From Rhodosorus marinus CCMP1338 (taxonomy: Eukaryota > Plantae > Rhodophyta), in NCBI GenBank assembly GCA_029953675.1, contig JAMWBK010000013.1, positions 620,001 to 684,000 of the forward strand: DNA of 64,000 nt. The letters run 5' to 3'. Positions 50,752 to 63,717 of the stretch are shown here, piece by piece. Made by a program: the position numbers and the translations under genes. The notes beneath the pieces were generated by a model. It did no database searches. It saw only the letters and a list, made by a program, of their open reading frames with translations, and was not told the origin of the DNA. The stretch's first letter is position 1, and the number at the start of each line of letters is the position of its first letter.

Positions 50752-53700
50752 TCTCTCATTTCCCACAGACATTCTCTTCCTCAACACTCATCTCTTCATC
50801 CCTCACACATACCAATCCCCCCCCCCCGCAACTCCTTCATCTAACATATCCATATCAATGCCTCAGTCTCATCATCTTCCCTCGTCAATGCCATTCCTCA
50901 ACAAAAACCTTTCTATATATATTCCTTCCACCTCCATCTCTTCCCCATCTCCTTCCCCCCCTTCCCCTTCCCGCAACTTGAAACAATCAGTAAACCGCCT
51001 TTGCCCCCTAGTGGTCCCTCAAAGTCGACACGCAAAAACTTAAATAAAACAAAACTTCCCCCCTCCATTTCATGAACTGTCCCAATGATCAAAAATTAGG
51101 GTTGTCATAATTTGTCCGTTAAAGTATATTAGTACAAAGTATTAGTACACTAAATTGAATAACGAAGATATTTAATGTATATTTGGATGATAATGTTTGG
51201 AAAATGTGTCTGATAAATAGGGGTAATACGACATGTTTTTAAAACATTTTCATTGTTTTATTCGTTTATTTTATATTTTGTAAGCTTTCTTTCTTATCCG
51301 ACTTTTAATGACATGGAGATAATGAATCAGAATTCGGACCAGACCAAAAAAAAACAACAAATTGAACTCCGTTTTCCCTCCTCTCTTCCTTTTTAAAAAT
51401 TTCTTTCAAAATATATTTCATTATTTTTTGCGGGTCGGTTGGAAATTCGAGCGATCTGAACAATGGCTGCTTTCCATTGGATAGATGAATATCTCTTTTT
51501 ATTTTATTTATGATAATATGATAAGTATAATGGTAGTAAAATAGGGCTATATCCGAGTTCCTGAGTCTTATTGGATGATACACCTTGAAGTGAAAGGGGC
51601 CAATGACCCCACCCCCCTCGCTGGAAGACTGACAGGTTTGAATTGATAGATTTTACGAGGGGTGATTTTGACATATATCTTACATGTTTCTGCGTCTTTA
51701 TTACTGTGAATCCTGTTTTTGATTAAGTGGGGACTGGAATCATAGGGGTTACCAATAGAAGGGTGAAAAATTTAGTGTCACCCCTCTTGACGACAAAAAC
51801 GAAAAGCGTCTCCCCAAGTTTCCAATACCCGACCAAAAGTTCCCGTATTCAGCGAGCCAGCCACACACACGTTTTGTAAATGTTGACTGAACTTCAACGA
51901 ATTTTCGAGTGGTACTTGAAACGAAGAAATAAAAACGACAGATTAAAATCAAAAGGAGTTTCAATACATTGACTGATATTCAGTCTTTATTATGGTATCT
52001 CAATTTTGGATGTTGTTTAGTGGGTCTGGTGCCACAAGCCACAGGCTGGTCGTTGCCTTCCGGATTTATTCACGAAAAGAGCTCTCGTTGCGTGGGCTTC
52101 TGCTGGAAAGCGTCCAGCGTGGGCGAGGTCTTGGGCATTATCGCACAAAAGGACGAGGTCTGTCCTACCGAACTTTTTTTCTTTTGGGCCCAAGTTCGGA
52201 GGTGAGCAAAGGAACATCTGTTCTCTCTCCTGGAGTGTGGTGCGGCCATGCCTACCTGTCCACCTTCCCGCCATCTGCCACGACCTATATTGGAAGCCGC
52301 GCACGGGTCCAGTTCATGCCCAAGCCGCAAGGCGCTGGCCCGGTGTTCTGCTGGCCGACTCTCAATCTGCAAAGGACGAGCAGGATATGGCCGACCAACT
52401 GCTGCGGTTTGTGTACGACTGGCTTCCAGCTAAATTACGGCCGAATATGGTGCGACGGCGGCTCGGCGAATGTGGTGGGTGCTCTAATAGAAGAGTCCTA
52501 CTGGGTGCTACATATCGAGCGAATCCCCTCATTATTTTTTTTTTTTTTCAAGCTGTGGTGTCCATTTCGACCAGAATCCCAGCCCGCCTTGAACCCGGGG
52601 TGCATAGAATCGGCGTTGGCGGGCTCGTCCCAGGAAGGCAGTAGCAGTCCCGCTGTTTGTCGTTCAACCCTTGGTCCAACGAGCATAGACTAAAAAAGTC
52701 AGTATCGATAGTGGCGTTTGATAGTAGAAGCCAAATCATGGTTTGTGGATGAATGTTGGTTGCGCTCCATGGTGGATTGAAGCCAACCCTGTTCCTTGGT
52801 CAATATGTGGCGATCGGAAAGCGACCACAACCGTGGTACTGCTAGATTCTGTGATTCGGCCCGCTCAGAGATTGGTGACCTCTTCCTTGGACGCTGTTCA
52901 CGGTATTTTTCCTTTGATTCGCTCATCAACACGCTACTACGACCCGTTCGAGGGAGCTGCCGTTGCGCAAAGCCACTGAAGCACGCTCAATGGGGACTAG
53001 GAGCAGCAGAATCCGAGATGACCAATTCTTTATCACCACACGCCTATCAGCGCTGGAGCACAGCCCCGGATACTCCATAAGATTCTGTTTCTTGGCCACT
53101 TTCTGCAGGAACTCTCGAGAACCGGCCAGGGCAGTAGATGCGTGGGGATTTGGGGAGAGGTGCAGTTTCGCGGCATTGTAGAGCTTTGCATCGCATGGGT
53201 GCAGTTTCTCGCTTCTCAGGGTAGTTGGGCTCTGAATAAGCGGAAATGGGGTGCATCGCGCAGTGAATGATTCAACTTCAATATCAAGAGAAGACCAGGG
53301 AGAACCTTTTCTCCCTTAGTCTGGATATGCCTTAGCGGATTGAGCGTGGCTTCTACTTGAAGTTAGGTCAGGGAAACTTTTTCCCTCTTAGTCTGCAGAA
53401 GCAGCAAAATTGAGAGCTTTGCTAGCGGGGTACCAAACCAGGGGAGCTTGGTTCTCCATGCCAAAAATATAAAGATGGATCCACGCGTAAAACCAGAACG
53501 GTGCTCCGCGAAGGAATTCGTTCCCGAAACGGCATTCTCGTATCTCCTACCCAATTCGGATTTCTCTTCTTGGGAGGTTCCTCACTCAAGTGGAGGCGTT
53601 GAAGCCCAAGTTACATCGGCAGCAATGAAAGCTAGTTTTGAACTGCATCGCAAAACTGTGGACCGAAGTGAAAGCCAGTGAACGCCTGCATCGCCACGTT

Positions 53701-56594
53701 CGAACAGGGAACCCCAAGGAGAACAAAAGCCAACCCCAAGGAGAACAAAAGCCCCCCCCAAAAGGGGAGGACCTTACCAAGAAAGAAAAAAAAAAAAGGC
53801 GATCCCAAACCGTGCTAATATGTTCAAACGAATCCCAAACAATGGTCCTCTGCTAGGCTAGTTGGAGGCGAAAAAAAACAACAACAACATACCATGGATC
53901 ACAAAACAAAAAACAACAAAAAACAGCAAGTTCTCCATGCCCCCACCATCAGCACCTAAATATTTACACTTCCATGTAGTAGAATGCAAAAACTAGGCCG
54001 GCATTCCCTTCCCATAGGCCCTCAAAATGAATAATTAACACAGATATCGCTCAATCTCACCTGAAACAGGAAAACCTGCACACCCTCTCTTTGGCTCGTA
54101 GGCCAAAAAAAATTAAAATCCAAAAGTTTTAAAAAAAAGAAGCAACCCCGGAATCAAATAAACTCAATTTCCTGCTTTGTACCTGATAACCTCGAGAGGT
54201 AACCTCGAGTTTTGATAGTATTTGTACAGTCAGGAACTGAAATGATCAAAAAGGCATATAATATCAGCGCATAGGAATGTGCCTCGCAAATGCTCTGAAA
54301 ACTGCACGAAGCCGGGAAAAATACAATCTCCAAAAACGTTGAAATTTTTTAAGTTGTCAGGGACCTGCGGTGGCAAAAAAAAAGCCTCGAAGGGGTATTA
54401 AAAAACACTAAAAAAAGTACAGCAAATGACTTACCTACCGCGCTTCCAAAAAAAATCGTAAAAAGAACCAGCGCGTTCAGCTCCCTTCCCATTTCCGCTT
54501 AATCTATCAAAAAGGAGAGGAAAACTAAAGAAAAAAGAGTAAGAAACGACAAAGACCTTTTGGACGCGTCTTGGGATCGGTGTGTAATCACCAAGAGCCT
54601 CCAGGGGTGGGTGCATGGAACCTTTTCAAGACGATTCAATATCGACTTTTTTCCTCGATCTCTGTGAAACAGAATGGAATGAGGCGGAAAAAAACACGGC
54701 GATGCCCCCCCTTTTTTTGAATTTTCGTGAGATACCTCCCCACTATTCACTTCGATCAAAACGAAGGGTCGAGGGGAGAACGATTCATAGCATCTGATTC
54801 GAAGAGAGGAAAAAATACACCCTTTTAATTCGTTTATCGAGCAACTGCTAATAGTTAATTGGCCAAATCATGAGGAGATCTAAATAAAAAAAAGGGTCTC
54901 CGTAGAGCTTACATCCTAGACGGATGGCTTGTGTTTTGTTATTTAATTTTGCTTATTTTAAGCTTCGGTCCCCGAAAAAGCAGATACGCCGAGTCTGCGT
55001 TCCAAAGCAAGAAACTGTACATAGTAGAAAATGCGAACGATGTACTGTGTACATCTTTTATTTCATCGGTCCAGAGACTGCCAAATAAAGCTGAAGAAAC
55101 CGGAAACTTGATGATTTCCGGCTCCTCGCCTCTGCGTCATCTCAAAGCTTTGAAAAAGGCCAACCTCGGATTTTTCTTACATTGGCAGGAACAACAGAAA
55201 CAAACGGCAAAACCTAGTATTCTCTTAGATTTTGCAAAGGCCTCGTTGTCAGGGCCGGTGCGCTATTTTTTTTTTTTTTGGCTCACCCTCTTTCATCCTT
55301 TTTCCTAACTTCACCTCCAGGCCCCCCGGCCCTTCCTTCTCCATTTCGATGATATTTTCAATTTTCTGTAGAAATAGTCCATGATGAACAAAGGCTCCTG
55401 ACACTTAGGACTATCCAATGCATGTCTGTTTGGAAAACCCCGTTTTTACGCTCTTTTGACAAAGGTTTCCAGTTCAACCAAAGCAAAAAAAAAGCAAAAA
55501 AAACCGAACAAAACCGAACAAAACACGCGGACTATCAGGGCCCCATCTAATTTCTACAAAAAAACCTAATGAAAGCTCTTTTGCCCTCATCCTTTCGAGT
55601 TCGTTTTTTTCGAAAAAACAGAACTACAACAGCCGAAAAAAGCATGAGAACCCCATAAACGGATAACGTATTTGAGTCTATATTTTTCCAAAAAACATCA
55701 TACCGTTTCCTAACCAAACCAGAAAACGCTTACATTTTCTTTCACCCAAGCAGAAAGGGATGCACCTCAACCTATTCATCGTAAAAACCATACTACAAAC
55801 AATATACCGTTACAATAATTGAATAAAACAAATAAAGATACAGTAAATAACGTGAAGAACACCACGTTACCCACCCATACCATAAAGTCACTTTAACTAA
55901 TCTATAATCACCACGTGTCCTAACTTACATGCATGACAGCAGAACGGGAAAACGGATGGGGATGTGAAATATTATCAATAAACAAGTTTCGTAACACGGG
56001 AAGGAGGTCCAGAAAGGAGCAGCGGGTGTTCAACCCAGCCTCGGGTCTAAGAGGGAGTTTCCTTTTTTTTAGATGATTTGTTAAACATTTTCTGGAAAAG
56101 GGGGAGGAGACGGATGTAAAAATCAGTGAAAAGAAATCGGTGTGAGAGTGCAAAAAGGTTGTTTTTTTAATGGTAAGAAGAGGTGAAAATGAGTAGAAAA
56201 TAGGAAGGAAATCAAGGAAAGTGCGTTTTTGAGGTTGAAGAGATTCTAATATATATAGGGAAGGGAATGGTGGGGGCGATACGGGTTGAGGAGATGAGGC
56301 GTTTTGTCAAGTAACAAACGTAGTAGAAGCGGAGAGACAGAGAGAGAGAGACATTGATGTGAGCATAGATAGGATTGTTAGTAACAGGATTTTTTTAGAA
56401 AAAAAGTCGCAAGGAGGGGAAGGAAAATTTGGAGTTTTTTGGGGGGAGTGTGTTAGGAGTTTATGAAGGTGTTTAGGAATCGGTCGTAGGAGTTTTGCGT
56501 GGGTGGGTGTGTCTGTTTGTGGAGGGAGTAGAGGAGCGGTGGTTGTTTGTGGGTTGGAGTGGCTGGTTTTGTTCGCGGAATGAAGGATTGAGTC

Positions 56595-57038
56595 ATGGTA
56601 GAGAAATCTGAAAATTACTGGCAGGGGGAGCAGTTTTGGGTTGATGAGTTTGGGTCTGTGTTTGGAATGGAAAGGATGGTTTCGACAGGGAGCGGAAGCA
56701 GCCATAGTTCGGAGGTTGGAGGTGAAGATGATAAGCTTCTGAAAAGAAAGAGGACGGAGACGAGGAGTGATGAAGAGAAGCAGATGATGGCGATGAGGAG
56801 GAAGATAAAGAATAGGGAATCTGCGGCGAGAGCCAAGTTGAAGAGGAAGGAGCTCGACAACGAGACCGAAGCAAGATTGCTGGAGGTTATCAGTATTGTC
56901 AGATCAGAGCTGGACAACCTTGCTGCGCTCCAGGACGAGGTTGTGGAGTTGGAAAGATCGAATGCCGAGCTCAGAAACTCGATTCTCTCAGCGAGCATCA
57001 CCCCCAATGTCACCCAAGACGATTCCAAATCGGTTTGA
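56595..57038 (+). CDS. bZIP transcription factor (147 aa, intronless)
   Basis: Basic region RRKIKNRESAARAKLKRK followed by heptads LAALQDEVVELERSNAELRNSI. Confidence 0.85.
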   Translation: MVEKSENYWQGEQFWVDEFGSVFGMERMVSTGSGSSHSSEVGGEDDKLLKRKRTETRSDEEKQMMAMRRKIKNRESAARAKLKRKELDNETEARLLEVISIVRSELDNLAALQDEVVELERSNAELRNSILSASITPNVTQDDSKSV

Positions 57039-57990
57039 GGCGTTTGTATTACTAAAGGAGACGGGAATTGTATATAATCATCATGAAACGAGGCTCACCG
57101 CTCGTCCTTCCTGGCAGCGGGCCATACCGTTTCAAGCACTGCTTGGCTTTCTGAATCGGCCAAAGGTCAGCACCCCTCAACCAGCATCCGGACGGGAAGT
57201 ATCTGGCAATTTTCAAGTTCAGAAAACGTGGGCGCTTTTCATGATAAAAGAAATTTTTTTCAACGACGCTGCTTAGCAACCCCCGCCCCTCCCCCGAAAA
57301 AGAACAAGTTTTCCCAGTCCTCCCAATCCATTGCCCCAGTGCCAAGTCCCTCCGCCTTTCCAAAAACAAGCGGGTTCCACAGCTTCTCTTCTAACCGCCC
57401 AAAAAAAAAATAAAAAATGACCGCCTACAACTCACCTTGTGTAGCTTCTCGCTTCAGCCTCCGTTAACACACCACCAGATCCCGCTGACAAGGTCCGACA
57501 GTCTCCCTCCGAGAGCTAAACAAGGACGAGAAAAAAATCAAAAAAATCAAACATTCTATGGAATACCACGAAACCTTTGAGATTTGATGAATATGAACGA
57601 ACTTAGCTGCCCGGCATTGGAAAGAATTCGAGAGAAACGAGCAACCACTTTTGATTTGCCGGCATGCAGGTTCTTGCACATCATGACGCAAGTTTGTGGA
57701 CTAAGAGGCGACCGACGACCCCGTAGTACTCCCCGTCGCAGAAGCTTTCTTCCACTACAAAGGACACGTGCTTGTCCACTTTCGAAGAAATGTGGTCTTG
57801 GATACGGCAAACCACGTTCCTCCACCCTTCGTTCTCGAGGAGAATGAGGCGCGCGGGGAGGGAGGCGATTCAACCACTTTCTTATGGTGAAGGCACCTCT
57901 TGAAAAACAGCGCTTTTCTCATCGGTGAAAAAAATAGTAGTAATCACGGAGCTTGTGTAAACAATATTGGCATGGCTGTTGTTTTGCACT

Positions 57991-58185
57991 CTACGTCTCA
58001 GCGACCTCGGCGATGTCGTATCGGTTTTGCTCCACGCATTTGTATCCGAGTGCTTTGGTAGCGTTTGCAAGTTCTCTTTGGCTTGGTGGCCTAGCTTGTC
58101 GTCTTGATTGCCTCCATACGGAGCCGCACCGCTTTTGACTCTCTGGGGTCCGAAATCTTGATTCATTGTTTGACCGTTGAGCCAT
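57991..58185 (-). CDS. Possible small hypothetical protein (64 aa, or a first exon)
   Basis: ATG with an A-rich context, and a minus-strand G-rich leader at about 58350-58390. No family identified. Confidence 0.3.
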   Translation of the reverse strand: MAQRSNNESRFRTPESQKRCGSVWRQSRRQARPPSQRELANATKALGYKCVEQNRYDIAEVAET

Positions 58186-58458
58186 CAGCGTTTTTATTTC
58201 CGGCTTCTCAGGGTAGCTTGGCTCTTAAAAAACGGAATTCGCTTCTACAGTGAGTATTCGAGGGTTATCCGGAGGAAACCTGACTCGATTTCGCCCCCAG
58301 TTCTTCGTACCTAGTAGCGCTTAAGGCTACGTAAGCAAACTAGAAACCAAATCTCAACTACCCCCGGCCCCCCGGCCCCCGTTTCACACGAGCGATAGGG
58401 ATCGCGTTGTTGACTGAAGGAACTAGAACACGCCCGTCTTGTAGAGACGTGCTTCCAT

Positions 58459-59485
58459 ATGGCCCGGTTATGCCCTAAGAGCTTTTATCACCAACCTTCT
58501 CCCCGAGTCCTGATCGGGGATGAAAGTCTGGCCTCGAGGCTTGATGAGTCCTTCCTTGAGACTCTCCCTTCCAGTTGCCCAGAATTGGATGGATCCATCG
58601 AGAAGGGTCACAATAGCGAATCGAACCTGGTTCCCCTCGACAACGTTTACTCGGAATCGAATCCAAGGCAGCTATTGCCGCGAGCCGAAGAAACCGTGAG
58701 GTGGCTTCAGATCGGGGAGAAGGCAAAGTCCACGAGCGGGTTGTTCCATGAGCTGCTCAAGGAGTCCAGCCGAGGCACAAGTGGGCAAAGAGCCGTCAGA
58801 GACCAACAGGATGAAACCAGAAGGTACGTGATGAGGGTTAGGTTTGAAGAGCAGGTCTTCAGCCGGCTCCCAAAACTGAACGAGCAGCAACCTAGACGGC
58901 TCGCTTCGGTCTGGAAGGTCGTGACCAATTGTAGCTGCGGACGGAGGCGTTTCTCTTGCAGAACTCCCACGAAGGAAAACGGTATTTATCGATATTGAAG
59001 TTGGTGAGTTTGGTGCAAAAAGGGTTTGAGGAAGAAGATCTGCCCGGATGTTTGATCAACCTCCGCTATACTTGGTGTTGTGAACACGTCGATGTCAAGC
59101 CACGACTGTGATGGTTTTGCTAGTTCGTCGAACGAGGACGTCTTCAGTGCCTTAGTCTCGATCGGAAGAAAACCTAGAAAAATCGTGCTTGCATGAGGTG
59201 GAGACAACTAGGAGCCAGATTTTCTTCCCGTTTTGGCTCTATCTTCCTCAGCTCAGACACATATGTCTTAGTGAATTGCTTTCTTCGTGAACAAGCTTGT
59301 TGGATTGCCCCAAAGCCTCTTGGATTCGATCCATTGACTCACTGCATGGTATCTCTCTCCTCGAACTTAACTTGCTCGAACAGGTGAGCCCGCCTGCGCA
59401 AGAAAGAGTCGACCTCAAAACACAGCTTGCGGACAAGCAATTGATGGTCGAGACGGACGAACACAGTGAAACCAAAGGTCCCTAG
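58459..59485 (+). CDS. Possible multi-exon hypothetical protein (strand and exons unresolved)
   Basis: 179-aa ORF from ATG 58459 plus canonical plus-strand donors (GTACGT, GTGAGT, GTGAGC). Protein-like frames also exist on the minus strand. Confidence 0.3.
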
Positions 59486-60036
59486 CACCTGAGCGCGGCT
59501 TGAAATGGTACCAACCTATGAGGGCTTCGAAGAAACATCTCCGGGGCTTCGACTTGAGATCGATCGGTTTTCGCAAGCAGACCACAACGAACAGGCCTGA
59601 CTCGTGGCATCGCTTGTCGTAGTGTTCGCGTGATTTCTTGCTCAAGAGGCACTTCAAGTTAATCCGAATTGTTTATCGAGTTTGTAATAAGTTTTTAAAC
59701 GGAGTACAACAAAGTTTATCATATGTGCAAAGTGTTGAAGTACTTCTCACCCTACGAAAAGTCTTGAAAAAAAAAAAAAAGGCAGTCGGTACTGTATCGA
59801 AGTTCGGTAACGGTAAAAAAACACAAACACTTACATGCGCACGGAAGTTCCTAGCACGCAAAGTAGCGCTTCAGATATCACAAAACAGAAAGTTGGTTTT
59901 CCGCACGCGTGATTGATATACAAGATCAAGGCTGTACACTGTCGAGAGGGCAGCCCACGACCTCCTCCCAAACGACGTCTGCTCGGATAAATAGTGACAT
60001 CGACGAGACCACAAATGGAATCCAGGGGGAAAACGT

Positions 60037-62273
60037 CTATACAAGTCTTACTAAAGCCTTCGCTGATGAAGTTCAGGCCTTCATGATTGAGTCCATCATG
60101 TCTCCCTTACGGGAAGAATCTCCCTTCGAGTTCGTTTCCTTCGCTGATGAAGTTCAGGCCTTCATGATTGAGTCCATCATGTCTCCCTTACGGGAAGAAT
60201 CTCCCTTCGAGTTCGTTTCCTTCGCTGATGAAGTTCAGGCCTTCATGATTGAGTCCATCATGTCTCCCTTACGGGAAGAATCTCCCTTCGAGTTCCTTTT
60301 ACCTGCCAATTCTTCGACTGCGCTCTTCGAGGATTGGTCTAAATCTGGTCGTTACAGAGGAGGATTGACAGAGATCATGTTCATCGCTAAGAACGTGCAT
60401 ACTTCAACCTTCAGAAGAGTACATTCCAATTGTTTCCTGTGAGCACTTACTTCTCGGTTCTCCTCTGACGTCCAGTCCGTTCTTCGGTGGGGAAGTTGAA
60501 GATGGAAGCATCGACGCGAGGAAAGCCAGCTTCCGCGGAGGCCTTAAAGCGTCAGGTTCCCTCTTAGATAGCTTGGCTGGTCGCTCGAGGTGAGTAAATT
60601 CACTAGAACCTCCAAATCTCTGCGAGAGCGGCACGGCCCTGGTTTCCGGATCTAAAGGCGGACGGCAGTGAAGGTACATATGTTCAGAACAGACGTCCAA
60701 AAAGAGAAGGGAGCCATTCTGATGAGCGGCAGGCGGCGGATTCGGACCTAATTCTTCTTCATGGGCGTAAGACCTCTTAAACGTCTCCTGCACAACACTG
60801 TGCGTTAGTCCCGGATATACAGGGTCCATCTTTGGCTTGCACTTGAACACGCTCTCGTGTGGAGTCTTCCCCAGGCGCTGGTTCATGGTACAGTTCACAG
60901 CGTACGCAATCCGGTCAAGTTGTGTGTGCCAAGTGATCTTCTCCTCCTCGGTCCTTGATTTGTCCATAAACCATTGCCGCAGGATCTCCCGGATGAGATG
61001 GACAGTTGGGTCTAATTCGCTGCTCAAGTCTTTCCCAACGACGAGGGGTATCTCCCAAAGCCTGGCTAGCGTATTCATCAGGTCGTTCTCAAACGCGGAT
61101 CCATTCTGCAAGTGCAGAATGTGGGCACCCCCGAATCGTAGCATAAAGGATAGAACATGCTCCGCGGCCTTCTCTCCGTCCGGAGTCTTCATTCCCCAAA
61201 GCTGAACAAACTGTGTCGATACGTCCTTGATGCAGCAAACGTTCTGTGGTAGGAGAATGCACCACAAGAAAAGTGCTTTCGAGGTGAGTGGGGACATCTC
61301 ACGCAGTTCTTGGTGAATGACTGGGAAGCTGACCTTGTAGCTCGAGCTTTTTGCTAGAGTGGCAACTGAGAAGACGATCACTTGCAGCCTGCTCGAAAAG
61401 CCCTCCGCGGTGACACTTTTTTCGAGCTTTGGGGATGCGGTGGAGGACTGCTGAAAACTCTTCTGTTGTCTAGCTTGGCAAAGTTTGGAGAAGCGATCGA
61501 TGGCAAACTTCGGAACGTTCCAATACTGCTCCTTTACAGCAGAAAAAATCTTATCCCGTCCCGCGTGATTCATGAGCGCGTGTACCCTCAGCAAAACCTC
61601 GTACCAGCGCGAAGGACAGACTACTTCAAGCATTCTGGCACCCAGCCCTCCTTTAGAGGCCACCAGAGTGTATTTAGGGGGTAAACCTGGCGTTGGGCAC
61701 CAAAGAGAAAGCAATGGGCGGCGTCAACGGAGCGGCTTCTAGTTAGCTGAAATCTGGGTTCTACTATCCCATACCTTCCGGTGCAGGTTGTCTCTGCAGG
61801 AAAAGCCTCCTCGATTTGCCTCTCCCCACAGCATCCTTTATATATCTTCCCCATCGGCCCTGTATCTTCGCTCCTGCCTGGTCTTTCTTATCATCGTTTT
61901 CCTTGAGCTTTTCCACGACAGCGGTGTAGGCGCTGTACGCCGCTGCTCTCAGCAAAATATCCCGTTTTACATCTTCAGGGACACCTTCGATAGTCTGCTC
62001 TAGTCTGGGCACAGAAGATACGCTCTCAATGTCCTCCCCCATCTTAAAGCCGCTCTCTTTCAACCGAGCATTTGACGCCTTGTATTCGTTGTAAGCCTGC
62101 TCCTTCTCCTCCAGCTTCATCAGATACTCAAAACAAGCCTGACATCGGTCCTCTGACAGCACCTTGCTGGAGGCACTTGACCCAATCGGATCCCCAAAAA
62201 TCTTCCGCATTTCCAGGACAAATTCGTCCTCGGAAACGCAAACATGCTCGCTGCCAATCGGTGCCGTGTTCAT
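60037..62273 (-). CDS. Domesticated integrase-derived protein (KRBA2/SCAND3-like H2C2 + rve fold), catalytically dead, multi-exon
   Basis: HALMNHAGRDK...YWNVP...LCQARQQK (Zn-finger-like); RLQV...YKNV..KDVSTQFVQL..MKT; FG..HILHLQNG.AF; W...L..IAYAVN...RLGKTPHESVF..KP. GT-AG introns present; no TIR or LTR seen; the 3' end is inferred. Confidence 0.75.
60057..60295. repeat. 81-bp tandem repeat x~3; on the minus strand each unit is a 48-nt GT-AG intron plus a 33-nt exon
   Basis: Identical units start at 60057, 60138 and 60219. Minus strand: GTAAGG...TTCATCAG at 60225-60272, 60144-60191 and 60063-60110. Confidence 0.9.
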
Positions 62274-63717
62274 CCCTCCGAACACCAGAACTTGGGGGGA
62301 CACCCAAAAGCAGTCCGCTCCCCCACCCCGCCTCCACCCAGAAAACTAAAAAAAGGCCAAAAGCAGCAAGCACACAACCTAACCAAAACTCATCTCTCCA
62401 CAAACCCAATAAAATCGAAATTCCACCAGCTCCCGCCTCCCCCTCGCCCCACCCTTCCCTCCACAACAACCAGTCAACTCAATCCCTTCAAATCCAACAA
62501 CCTCCACCCTTTTCAATTCCCCAAGTCAATCTGCTCACTCCTATCAGCTACGACCTCAATTCCAAAAAAAGGGAGCCCCCTGCACCTCCCAGGATACAAC
62601 ACCTCTAAACTGACCCTCTCTCTCTCTCATCACACAAATCTCTCTTCACCCACCTACCCTCCTGCTCTCCACTACCTACCTCTCCAAAATGACTTTAAAG
62701 GGCCCAACAACTCTACCCCTCTCACTCCACAAATGAGAACCGACACTTAAGCCCAAAACGTGAAAAAGCCAGCAATTTTGGGAGAAAACAAATGCGTAAA
62801 TGTGGACTTCATATCCGCCCAAAAAACTATTTCAAAAAAACAAAATAATAAGAATAGTCATAATAAAGAAAAAAAAAAGGAGCCAGCCAGCCAGCCAGCC
62901 AACCATCCAGTCATCCAAAATATTCAAATATATCATTATTTTCTAATTCATATAAAATTCATTTTAGGAAGGGGGGAGGGGGGTTTTTGTAATTGAATGG
63001 GCTGAATATAGGAGGGAGGGGAGGTGGGTTACATAAATGTACAATTAGTTATTTTTTGTTATGTATTATTTAGTTTCTGAATTTTCTATGGTGAGAGAAA
63101 GGGGGAGAGAGGAGGGTGGATCTGGATTGATAGGGCGTGTGGGGTAAGCAAAAAAAAAAGGAAGAGTTGACTTAATGTATGTTGAATAGCGTTTGGGGTT
63201 GGGTGAAATATTCTATCTTTGTTCATGTGGAAATCCCGTCGTTGTAATTCTTTGTAAAAAGAATTGATTTTCTAGTTCGATGGGGGGAAGCTGAGGATTA
63301 GAAAAGGGGGGGGAAGGGGTGGGGTAATATATCATTTGGTTCAACGATAATTTTGAAGTTTTTTTGAAAGAATAGTTTTCCAATAAAGTTTTTACTGCTA
63401 TAAGTGAGAAATGAGGAAATCTATTTATTCAAAGATTTATGGATTCTTGTGGATAGGAGCGAGATATTTCAGGAATACTGTTGATTGGACAGATGTCACC
63501 GCCGTCGAGCCAACTAATATCTAAGATGAGATTCACACTGCATTTTTCGACGTAATATTATTATCTTTGGTAACCAATCGAATCGTTTTCTCTGCAGACA
63601 TTTGCATGAATTGTATAACTTTTAATAAAATCGCTTTAACCAACGTGAATTTTTTCATGCGATGATTCTTTGAGAACATTATTTATTAATGAAATCCGAA
63701 GATATTTTTCTGAAAGC

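Noticed and set aside
53712-53752. 22-bp direct repeat, plus other tiny repeats at about 51130, 54185, 55500 and 62880
   Set aside because: Ordinary slippage repeats and microsatellites in low-complexity intergenic DNA.
57991-58185. HicA/HTH-like resemblance of SQRELANATKALGYKCVEQ
   Set aside because: Lacks the HicA GSH motif and the match is too short to be meaningful.
59909-60442. 177-aa plus-strand ORF with 27-aa repeats (FADEVQAFMIESIMSPL...)
   Set aside because: GTG start and antisense to the integrase-derived gene. The minus-strand intron/exon reading explains the 81-bp unit with canonical, phase-matched splice sites. Not fully excluded.
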